A DNA stretch of 15,815 nt from Octopus sinensis (Eukaryota): positions 1-15,815 of the forward strand of contig NW_021825385.1 in the NCBI RefSeq assembly GCF_006345805.1. Reading direction: 5' to 3'. Positions 8,376-15,815 of the stretch are shown here, piece by piece. The stretch's first letter is position 1. Each line of letters opens with the position of its first letter. Under the pieces are notes generated by a model. The model saw only the letters and a program-made list of their open reading frames with translations, had not been told where the DNA came from and did not search any database. A program made the position numbers and the translations under genes.

Positions 8376-8680
8376 GGAGGCACATGGCCTAGTGGTTAGA
8401 GCAGCGGACTTGCAGTCGAGGGATCGCAGGTTCGAATCTCAGACCGGGTGATGTGTGTGTTTATGAGAGAAACACCTAAGCTCCACACAGCTCCAGCGGA
8501 AGGTAATGGCGAAACTTTTGCTGATTCTTTCGCCACAACTTTCTCTCACTCTTTCCTCATGCATCCTGCAGCTCACCTGCGATGGACCAGCGTCCTGTCC
8601 AGGTGAGGAACCTATATGCCAAGGTAACTGGGGAAACTGGCCCTAATGAGCCAGGCGTGGCTCAAGAAGGAACAAACAAC
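8376..8680 (+). mobile_element. Full-length tRNA-derived SINE with V-domain-like body and 15-bp TSD
   Basis: A box TGGCCTAGTGGTTAG, B box GGTTCGAATC, CCTGCGATGGACCAGCGTCCTGTCCAGG block and (AAC)n tail. Identical AATACTAAAATTAGT at 8361-8375 and 8681-8695. Confidence 0.9.
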
Positions 8681-8724
8681 AATACTAAAATTAGTATTTT
8701 CTGTAAGTCTTAATAAACTTGACA

Positions 8725-8770
8725 TTATCACCATTCTTTAATGTCCATTTCTATGCTGGCATGGGTTGGA
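8725..8770 (-). mobile_element. Family A tail-only fragment
   Basis: TTTAATGTCCATTTCTATGCTGGCATGGGTTGGA matches the family A terminus. Confidence 0.6.
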
Positions 8771-8837
8771 ATATAGATAGATAGATATTTAATGAAAATT
8801 TGAGTGGATGTATTTGATTTCCACAATAAAGGCTCTA

Positions 8838-8935
8838 AAGGTAGCAAATTGGTAAGAGCCATTAGAAAATTGGGTATAGAATGCTTTGTGGTATTTATAG
8901 CTCTCTGCACTCTGAGGTCACGTCCTAATCAGGAC
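8838..8935 (+). mobile_element. Very degenerate head of the SINE family seen at 14407-14638
   Basis: GAATGCTTTGTGGTATTT...CTCTGAGGTCA resembles GAAATGCGTAGCTGTATTT...TTCTGAGTTCA. Confidence 0.35.
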
Positions 8936-9042
8936 AATATAAGTAAGTAAACCTGAAACAAAGAGGTCTAAATGCTAGAACAGAAAAAAACAATCGTATG
9001 ATTTTTTTTTTTTATCATTATATCAAAAGATAAGTTATTTAA

Positions 9043-9255
9043 CCTTTTAGCATTCAAATTACCCTGTCAAATGTAATGATTACTTATTCCCATTACTATG
9101 AATTAACCATGCAATATCTCATAGCTTAAAGATTTTGATGTGATTATTTTTACAAGGACATTGTAGTGTAGGTGTGAGAGGCCAGTTTTGGCTGGTTTGA
9201 ATATAAAACAAGTAGAATATTTAGGCCAGGTATGGTCAGTTTAATAGATAACGGT
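9043..9255 (-). mobile_element. piggyBac-type MITE, family 1, degenerate copy
   Basis: TTAA|CCTTTTAGCATT left end. The interior is the reverse complement of 15154-15350 (acattgtagtgtaggtgtgaga, gtagaatattt, ggccag); the right TIR is decayed. Confidence 0.7.
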
Positions 9256-9551
9256 TTGAGCCACTTTCCCTGCTAAAGCAAGGGTTAACCATTGTGGAAA
9301 CCCTATGACAGTCTTTTTCCGTTTTGCCCTATCTTTACAGTCACCCATCCAAGCCACATCAAAACCCTTGCCCCTCAACCCTTTCTTTGTCCCTCATCTT
9401 TAGCCATATCATTATCTGTCTCAATCTTTCTCAACCTCTTTCCACATTTATTCCCATCATTTCTCAGTTACTTTCATCCTTAAGGAAAAAATGTGCCATG
9501 TGGAACCAGCAAATTATTGAAATTTACATGTGAAATGGTGTGATCCTAAAA

Positions 9552-9783
9552 CATCATCATAATCATCATCGTTTAACGTCCGTTTTCCATGCTGGCATGG
9601 GTTGGACGGTTCGACTGGGGTCTGGGAAGCCAGGAGGCTGCACCAGGCCCTAATCTGATCTGGCAGAGTTTCTACAGCTGGATGCCCTTCCTAACGCCAA
9701 CCACTCCGAGAGTGTAGTGGGTGCTTTTTACATGCCACCAGCACAGGGGCCAGAGGAGCTGGCATCATCCACGATTGGATGGT
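9552..9783 (-). mobile_element. Family A retroposon
   Basis: (CAT)n-CGTTTAACGTCCGTTTTCCATGC...GGATGCCCTTCCTAACGCCAACCACTCCGAGAGTGTAGTGGGTGCTTTTTAC. Confidence 0.88.
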
Positions 9784-9984
9784 ATAAAATTTAATTTTTA
9801 TGCAGGCTCAAAAATCAAATTTCTAATGGGAGAAAGCTGACATGGAGAGAGAGAGAAGGAAAGAGGGACAAGGAAATATTCTATTGAAACGATATAGGGT
9901 ATTAATCAAAAATAATCCTACACCATAAGGATGAAACAAAAATCTTTCTAATTTCAGCACAAAGTCAATAATTTGATTACATCA

Positions 9985-10048
9985 TCCCCAATTTTTGACT
10001 GGTACTTATTAAGCCCCAAAAGGATGCAAGGTTGGCCTCAGCAAAATT
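9985..10048 (-). mobile_element. Nin/Deu-domain SINE fragment
   Basis: Reverse complement GCTGAGGCCAACCTTGCATCCTTTTGGGGCTTAATAAGTACCAGT matches the body of 14407-14638. Confidence 0.6.
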
Positions 10049-10064
10049 AATAGTGAAACCTAAT

Positions 10065-10257
10065 ATCATCATTGTCATTTAACATCCATTTTCCATGCTG
10101 GCATGAGTTGGACAGTATAACAGGAGCTGGCAAGCCAGAGAGCTGCACCAGGCTCCAACTGTTTGCTTTGATATGGTTCCTACAAATAGATGCCCTTCCT
10201 AAAGCCAACCACTTTACGGTGTTCTGGGTGCTTTTTACATGCCACTGGCACAGGTGC
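10065..10257 (-). mobile_element. Family A retroposon, more diverged
   Basis: Same motif order (TTTAACATCCATTTTCCATGCTGGCATG, GCTGCACCAGGCTCC, GATGCCCTTCCTAA, GGTGCTTTTTACATGCC). Confidence 0.8.
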
Positions 10258-10292
10258 ATTTATGTAGCACCATACGAGCATGTTTGTTGACA

Positions 10293-10680
10293 GAGCGGCT
10301 AACTGGCTTCCATTCGAGTGTGATCATTATCAGCGTCGCCTTACAGGTACTTGCGCCCATGCTAGTAGGGTGTCAAGAGCACCTTCCGGGCATGATCGTT
10401 GTCAGAGCAGCCAACTGGCTTCCGTGCCGGTGGCATGTGTAAAAAGATTCAAGTGAGGTCATTGCCAGTACTGCCTGACTGGCCCCCGTGCCGGTGGCAC
10501 GTAAAAACCACCCACTACAGTCTCAGAGTGGTTGGCATTAGGAAGGGCATCCAACTGTAGAAACTCTGCCAGATCAAGATTGGAGCCTGGTGCAGCCATC
10601 TGGTTTGCCAGCCCTCAGTCAAAATCGTCCAACCCATGCTAGTATGGAAAGCGGACGTTAAACGATGATGATGATGATGA
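10293..10680 (+). mobile_element. Family A retroposon
   Basis: Ends GGAAAGCGGACGTTAAACGATGATGATGATGATGA; contains GTGCCGGTGGCA subrepeats. Confidence 0.85.
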
Positions 10681-10894
10681 GTACAAGTGCATTTTACGTG
10701 GCACCAGCACTTGGAAAGGACAGGGCTGCATGTATGGATGATTGCAAGTTTACATAGCTTGACATGTCTTCTTAAGTACAGCAAATGACCATAACTCCCA
10801 GTCCCTCGCCATTTCCACATTGAGGTTATTCCCATTTGAAAAAACTTAAAATTAGAATGTTAAGAAAAAAAAAAAGACAAATGACAGAAAAAAT

Positions 10895-11350
10895 GTTGTT
10901 GGCATCCTTTTGTCTCGGGAGACAATGGAGTTGCACATAAAATAATCCAGTCTGGTTTTTACATTTCATGTCCTAATACATCTCCCGCTGTGGCTGTGTA
11001 GTCCTATCCTGGACAAACACTCCCTCTGGCAGGTAACACACATGTAGCCAGTTTCGTGCAGGCCTGGCCTGGATGTAAGAAAATCCTGGGTAGTCCAATC
11101 ATCAGGATTCCTCTCTCGACCTTGCTGACGTAGTCCAAAGGAGTGCAGAGCATTACGTTTGGCACCAGCTTGGTTGCAGGAGCTGCCGGAAGAGTGTCGA
11201 GTCAAACACTAAACCACCTACACGGCTCCACTCCACATTTCTTTGAAGATTGTCTCCATTCTGTACCCTGGATAAGGGCCCATACTGGGGGTACTGTCAG
11301 CCAGAGCCAGCTGAGTCCAGGACTCACGTCAGGCAGAGTCATCACTCACT
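10895..11350 (-). mobile_element. Short bipartite RTE-clade (BovB-like) non-autonomous element
   Basis: Minus strand encodes the RTE C-terminal motif YMCVTCQRECLSRIGLHSHSGRC and ends CCATTGTCTCCCGAGACAAAAGGATGCC(AAC)n, an RTE-type tail. The upstream GGCAGCTCCTGCAACCAAGCTGGTGCCAAACGTAATGCTCTGC resembles RTE 5' UTR sequence; no EN or RT is present. Confidence 0.75.
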
Positions 11351-11441
11351 GAAGCAGTGAAGAAAATCGCTACCCACTAATAATCAGAAGACAAATTAAA
11401 AAGAAAAAAAAAGATCAAATTCACAGAAAAATCAGACTTAC

Positions 11442-11522
11442 CTGATTTATTATAAATGATGTTATTTGAGGGAAAGATTTTCCTTCAATTCTAGGCTCAA
11501 CTTCAAACTCCATGTGTGGTTC
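11442..11522 (-). CDS. PDZD8: PDZD8 internal exon B (SMP domain), 81 nt, phase 0-0: EPHMEFEVEPRIEGKSFPQITSFIINQ
   Basis: Pyrimidine tract plus ccAG acceptor ending at 11523; GTaagt donor at 11441. Peptide continues exon A and matches DPLIDFEVRSQFEGRPMPQLTSIIVNQ of vertebrate PDZD8. Not in the ORF track because it is too short. Confidence 0.93.
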
Positions 11523-11778
11523 CTGGAGGGAGAAAAAAAATTTTGAAAAAAAAATTTTGATACATTTTTCCTTTCTTTTTCCCATATTTTGATTATAATT
11601 TTTTAAAGAATATTTTGTAACTATTTAGTTTATAGAATTATCAACCCTCACTCATTTCCAGGTAAGGTAAATTTCCCCCATGAACAATTATGTTTTCATG
11701 AAAAGTCGGAAAAAAAAAATGGAAACCACTTACATGGTGCTGTTATTTGTTTACAACTACTATGCAATGTCAAGGTAA

Positions 11779-11780
<2 letters not shown>

Positions 11781-11820
<40 letters not shown>
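11781..11820. repeat. Perfect (CA)n microsatellite
   Basis: Direct reading. Confidence 0.97.
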
Positions 11821-11827
<7 letters not shown>

Positions 11828-11988
11828 GTATGGCTATGTGGTAAGAAGCTTGCTTCCCAACCACATGATCTCAGGTTCAGTCCCACTGCATGACACCTTG
11901 AGCAAATGTCATCTACTACGGACTCAGGCTAACCAAAGCCATGTCAGTGGATTTGGTAGATGGAAACTGAAACAAGCCCATCGTATAT
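11821..11988 (+). mobile_element. tRNA-derived SINE 5' half (head plus CORE-like box), running into microsatellite
   Basis: A box TGGCTATGTGG, B box GGTTCAGTCCC, CACCTTGAGCAAATGTC, ending AAGCCCATCGTATAT(TG)n. Confidence 0.8.
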
Positions 11989-12044
11989 TGTGTGTGTGTG
12001 TGGTGTTGTGTGTGTGTGTGGTATATATATATATAATATATATT

Positions 12045-12361
12045 ATCATCATCATCATCGTTTAACGTCGCTTTCCATGCTAGCATGGGTTGGACGGTTC
12101 AACTGGGGTCTGGGAAGCCCGAAGGCTGCACCAGGCCAGTCAGATCTGGCAGTGTTTCTACAGCTGGATGCCCTTCCTAACACCAACCACTCCGAGAGTG
12201 TAGTCGGTGATTTTATGTGCCACTGACACAGGTGCCAGACGAGGCTGGCAGACGGCCACGCTTGGTGTGTTTTTTATGTGCCACCGACACAGGTGCCAGG
12301 CGAGGCTGGCAGACGGCCACGCTCGGATGGTGTTTTTTATGTGCCACCGACACAGGTGCCG
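12045..12361 (-). mobile_element. Family A retroposon with three near-identical 61-63-bp units
   Basis: (ATC)n-GTTTAACGTCGCTTTCCATGCTAGCATGGG; ATGTGCC repeat starts at 12215, 12276 and 12339. Confidence 0.88.
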
Positions 12362-12624
12362 CACAAACACATGTTCAAATATTATTACTTAATATTCTAA
12401 AAATATATATACTACAGTCAATTTCTAAAAAATGAAAGAATAATAATACAATACATTTACATAAAATATCACAAGTATTATATAATATATTAAATAATTA
12501 TTACCATCATTTAATTAAATATAAATAACATAAACATACTGTAAACTACAAATCAATAAAATTAAATAACCTATTTTATACTCAAAATAAACATAAATAT
12601 ATACACACATACTTATATATGTAC

Positions 12625-12661
<37 letters not shown>

Positions 12662-13046
12662 TGTGTGTGTGTGTTTGCGTGTGTGTGTTGCGGTGTGTGT
12701 GTGTGTTTGCGTGTGTGTGTGTGTGTTGCGTGTGTGTGTGTGTGTGTTTGCGTGTGTGTGTGTGTGTGTGTTTGCTGTGTGTGTGTGTGTGTTTGCGTGT
12801 GTGTGTGTGTGTGTTTGCGTGTGTGTGTGTGTGTTTGCGTGTGTGTGTGTGTGTGTGTGTGTTTGCGTGTGTGTGTGGGTGTGTTTGGTCGTGTGTGGTG
12901 TGTTTGCGTGTGCGTGTTTGGGTGTGCGTGTTTGCGTGTGCTGTTGGCGTTTTTGCGTGCACTTGCATGTGTGCGCGCGCGTACTTGTGTGTGAGTGTGT
13001 ACTTGTGTGTGCGTGCGTACTTGTGTGCGTGCGTACTTGTGTGTGC
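12625..13046. repeat. Interrupted (TG)n array with recurring TTTGCG/TACTTG interruptions
   Basis: Direct reading; explains all VC- and HT-rich ORFs at 12582-13245. Confidence 0.97.
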
Positions 13047-13203
13047 GTGTTTGTGCCCTCCTAACTGAATGGTTTGGTAAAAAGGGACTGATAGGACAAG
13101 TAACAGGCTTTAAAACTAAAAAAAATGTACTGGGGGTCAAATCATTTGCCCCAGCATGGCTGCAGTCTAATGACTGAACTGAAACAAGTAAAAGATAAAC
13201 GAT
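13047..13203 (+). mobile_element. SINE 3' half, diverged (same family as 15425-15625)
   Basis: GTGTTTGTGCCC...GGGGTCAA...CCAGCATGGCTGCAGTCTAATGACTGAA is the reverse complement of the 15425 copy and abuts (TG)n at the same point. Confidence 0.7.
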
Positions 13204-13270
13204 ATACAATGAGCTTCCTTCAGTTTCCCCCTCTACCAAATCCACTCATTAGGCTTTATCTGGCCTGCCT

Positions 13271-13438
13271 GTTTTTCTCTGCTAGCATGGGTTGGACAGT
13301 TTCATAGGATTTATCAAGCTGCAGAGTCACACTGAGCTCAAATGTCAGCTTTGATATGGTTTCTATGGCTGGATGCCCTTCCTAACAACAACCACTTTAA
13401 GTGTATAATGGGTCCTTTATATGTGGAACCCGGCACTA
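13271..13438 (-). mobile_element. Family A retroposon, old tail-less fragment
   Basis: GCTAGCATGGGTTGGACAG...GCTGGATGCCCTTCCTAACAACAACCAC matches the family A core. Confidence 0.7.
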
Positions 13439-13712
13439 GTGAGGATGTTAAGTAACTTTCAAGGCAAGAACAGGAGAAAAGATACCCTCGTCTTATAACC
13501 AAGTGGATCATTGGTTTCATGTCAGGTGTTGATAAGTTAAAAGGGATAAACCCAGGTACTTTGCGCTGGAGGAGAAATATATGCATGTTGCATTATGTAA
13601 GGGTGGGAGTAGCTGGGAAGAAGATGATGACAGTGATGACAAGAAGCCAGAGCATCTCAAGATAAAACAAAGTGAGTATGAGAGGGGGATACAAACAGTG
13701 GATCAAGGAAGG

Positions 13713-13714
<2 letters not shown>

Positions 13715-13776
<62 letters not shown>
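13715..13776. repeat. Perfect (GT)n microsatellite
   Basis: Direct reading. Confidence 0.97.
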
Positions 13777-13779
<3 letters not shown>

Positions 13780-13917
13780 TTCTCTTTACAGCAACAAAAA
13801 TGATTTTAGAAATCTTCATAGCAAATCTTTGATTTAAGTTTAGAATTGAGAAAAAGAATTTTTTTTTTTTTTTCCAAGTAAATGATATTCAAAGAAATCA
13901 AAATGTTTAAAACTGAC

Positions 13918-14094
13918 CTCATAGAAAGCAAAATTCCAATGTGTATAAGGGTCACGGGTGAATAGGAGACGTGCTTTGCCAACCAACTTTGTAACGGTGA
14001 TTGACAAATACGCAGATTTCCCAAACATGAGATCAACATCAACAGCCATTTGGAATCCACCAGAATATTCAATATCCAATGCTATTTCCAGCAC
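13918..14094 (-). CDS. PDZD8: PDZD8 internal exon A (SMP domain), 177 nt, phase 0-0: VLEIALDIEYSGGFQMAVDVDLMFGKSAYLSITVTKLVGKARLLFTRDPYTHWNFAFYE
   Basis: Translation closely matches the vertebrate PDZD8 SMP motif EYNGGFHLAIDVDLVFGKSAYLFVKLSRVVGRLRLVFTRVPFTHWFFSFVE (recalled). Acceptor ...ctttttgaaAG ends at 14095; donor GTcagt starts at 13917. Confidence 0.95.
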
Positions 14095-14406
14095 CTTTCA
14101 AAAGAATATATAAAATGAAGAATTTTAGTATTCTGAACAAAAGCAAAATATTATTGTTGATGGGGGCAGTTGTTATTGTAAGGGTAATTATTGTTGTAGT
14201 GGTGATGTTTGTAGTGGCAGCAAGAGTGCAAAATGGCAGTATACTATAGGTGAGAGGATATTATTACTGTATTTTCCAGCATACAAGTGAATATGGTATG
14301 TAGTGCAAACATGTAGTGTAAACATTCCACTATCTTTCCAAATCCTGTTGCATTTCACATGGAATTCTTGGTCCTCCAAAGTTGTCGTGGTATATAAGTT
14401 GACATA

Positions 14407-14638
14407 AGGCGGTGAGCTGGCAGAAACGTAAGCACGCTGGGTGAAATGCGTAGCTGTATTTCGTCTGCCGTTATGTTCTGAGTTCAAATTCTACCAAGGT
14501 TGACTTTGCCTCATCCTTTCGGGGTCGATTAAATAAGTACCAGTTATGCACTGGAGTCGATGTAATCGACTTAATCCGTTTGTCTGTCCTTGTTTGTCCT
14601 CTCTGTGTTTAACCCCTTGTGGGTAGTAAAGAAATAGG
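14407..14638 (+). mobile_element. Full-length SINE with Nin/Deu-like domain and 14-bp TSD
   Basis: Identical TATAAGTTGACATA at 14393-14406 and 14639-14652; B-box-like GAGTTCAAATTC; GTTGACTTTGCCTCATCCTTTCGGGGTCGATTAAATAAGTACCAG resembles the Nin/Deu domain. Confidence 0.85.
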
Positions 14639-15153
14639 TATAAGTTGACATATCTTTTTATTTTTTATTTTTATTTTTTTTTGTTTTGTTTTTTCCTCTT
14701 TTGGCCATAAATTTTAGTCTAAAAATTTCAACTAGCAGAAAATACAAAGGAGATATCATATGCTCTCTTTCTCTTGTGCAAAGAAAAAAACCAGCATTCT
14801 AAAGTTTAGGAAAATGCATCTACAAAGCAATTTGATTTCTAATATAAATATATCTAAGACAAACACATGAAACTACAAAAGGAGCTTCCATATCATTTAT
14901 CAATCTGCTCAATGTTAGAGCTAATGGTAGAGATTCTATGTAATCATATAGGACTCTCATCAATGAAGCAAATTTTTCAGCCATCTGAAAAATTTTAACA
15001 ACTGCATTGAGATTGTTTCTGATTCAATAATTTGATAAAAAAAAATTTTAAAAAACATATCTTAAAGTGTTTCTATTCATTTTATGACTATGTTTTTTAA
15101 GAACCTTTTTTTTTTCCAGATACCAGCTAAATAATGTATAAACTATTTAATAA

Positions 15154-15350
15154 CTCTTTAGCATTTAAACTGGCCATATCCAGCCCAAATATTCTACCAG
15201 CTTTATAATCAAATTGGCCAGATCCAGCTTCTCACACATACCCTACAATGTCATTCTGAAAATAATTATACAGTCAGAATCCCAAAGCTACAAGACAAGG
15301 CAGTATTAATTCAAAACAATGTGAATATGTATTATATTTAACTGAAAGGG
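15154..15350 (+). mobile_element. piggyBac-type MITE, family 1
   Basis: CTCTTTAGCATTTAAACTGGCC...AAAGGG|TTAA; homologous to 9043-9255 in opposite orientation. Strand is nominal. Confidence 0.7.
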
Positions 15351-15424
15351 TTAAATAACTAAATTCTTGATTAATTTCACTATTAATTGGAACATTAGCA
15401 GTGTATTTCAATATACTCTAATTT

Positions 15425-15625
15425 ATTTCAGTCATTTGACTGCGGCCATGCTGAAGCACCACCTTTTAGTCAAGCAAGTTGACCCCAGGACTTATTCTTT
15501 GTAAGCCTAGTACTTATTCTATCGGTCTCTTTTGTCAAACCGCTAAGTGACGGAGACGTAAACACACCAGCATCGGTTGTCAAGCAATGTTGGGGGGCAC
15601 AAACACAGACAGACAAACACACGTA
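15425..15625 (-). mobile_element. SINE 3' half; internal microsatellite runs off the window end
   Basis: TCATTTGACTGCGGCCATGCTG...GACCCCAGGACTTATTCTTTGTAAGCC...GGGGGGCACAAACAC; homologous to 13047-13203. Confidence 0.8.
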
Positions 15626-15678
15626 CACACACACATATACATACATATACATACATATACATACATACATATACATAC

Positions 15679-15709
<31 letters not shown>

Positions 15710-15815
15710 CATACATATATATACATACATATACATACATATATATACATATATATACATACATATACATACATAATATACATATACATATATATACATA
15801 TACATATACATATAC
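15626..15815. repeat. (ATAC)n/(AT)n compound microsatellite
   Basis: Direct reading. Confidence 0.97.

Noticed and set aside
8323-9288. TTAACCCTT (8323) and AAGGGTTAA (9280) as ends of a ~1-kb piggyBac-type element
   Set aside because: Only 9 bp of complementarity, and the interior is a mix of unrelated repeats.
12582-13245. Five overlapping long ORFs (VC- or HT-rich)
   Set aside because: They are translations of the interrupted (TG)n array.
13581-13832. Plus-strand ORF with an acidic patch (SSWEEDDDSDDKKPEHLK) and a GTGAGT donor-like site at 13672
   Set aside because: No pyrimidine-rich acceptor upstream, purine-rich low-complexity sequence, runs into (GT)n, and no partner exons on the plus strand.
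13840-13917. C-terminal extension VSFKHFDFFEYHLLGKKKKNSFSQF of the exon A ORF
   Set aside because: Intron read-through past the GTCAGT donor; PDZD8 homology resumes in exon B.
15470-15811. MYMYVYIC-type ORFs
   Set aside because: (ATAC)n microsatellite plus SINE sequence.

Overview
AT-rich, microsatellite-dense eukaryotic genomic DNA, almost certainly animal. The repeat families match those I recall from octopus/coleoid cephalopod genomes, which is an inference. The only host gene is PDZD8 (ER membrane-contact-site lipid-transfer protein) on the minus strand. Four internal coding exons (14094-13918, 11522-11442, 8250-8037, 270-164) splice in frame at GT-AG sites and encode the C-terminal SMP domain, the C2-like segment and the start of the PDZ domain; both gene ends lie outside the window. 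The introns are packed with transposon relics: a Penelope-like RT fragment and three hammerhead-ribozyme-like motifs (two in a foldback), a composite Helitron carrying a PIF1-helicase fragment, a nested TGT...ACA hairpin element and a ~160-bp tandem array, piggyBac-type (TTAA) MITEs, several tRNA-derived SINE families (two copies with clear TSDs), a (GAT)n-tailed retroposon family in both orientations, and a short bipartite RTE element. Almost all ORFs in the supplied track are repeat or microsatellite artefacts. I see no convincing new protein-coding system; the most interesting signals are the RNA-structure and transposon-architecture ones.
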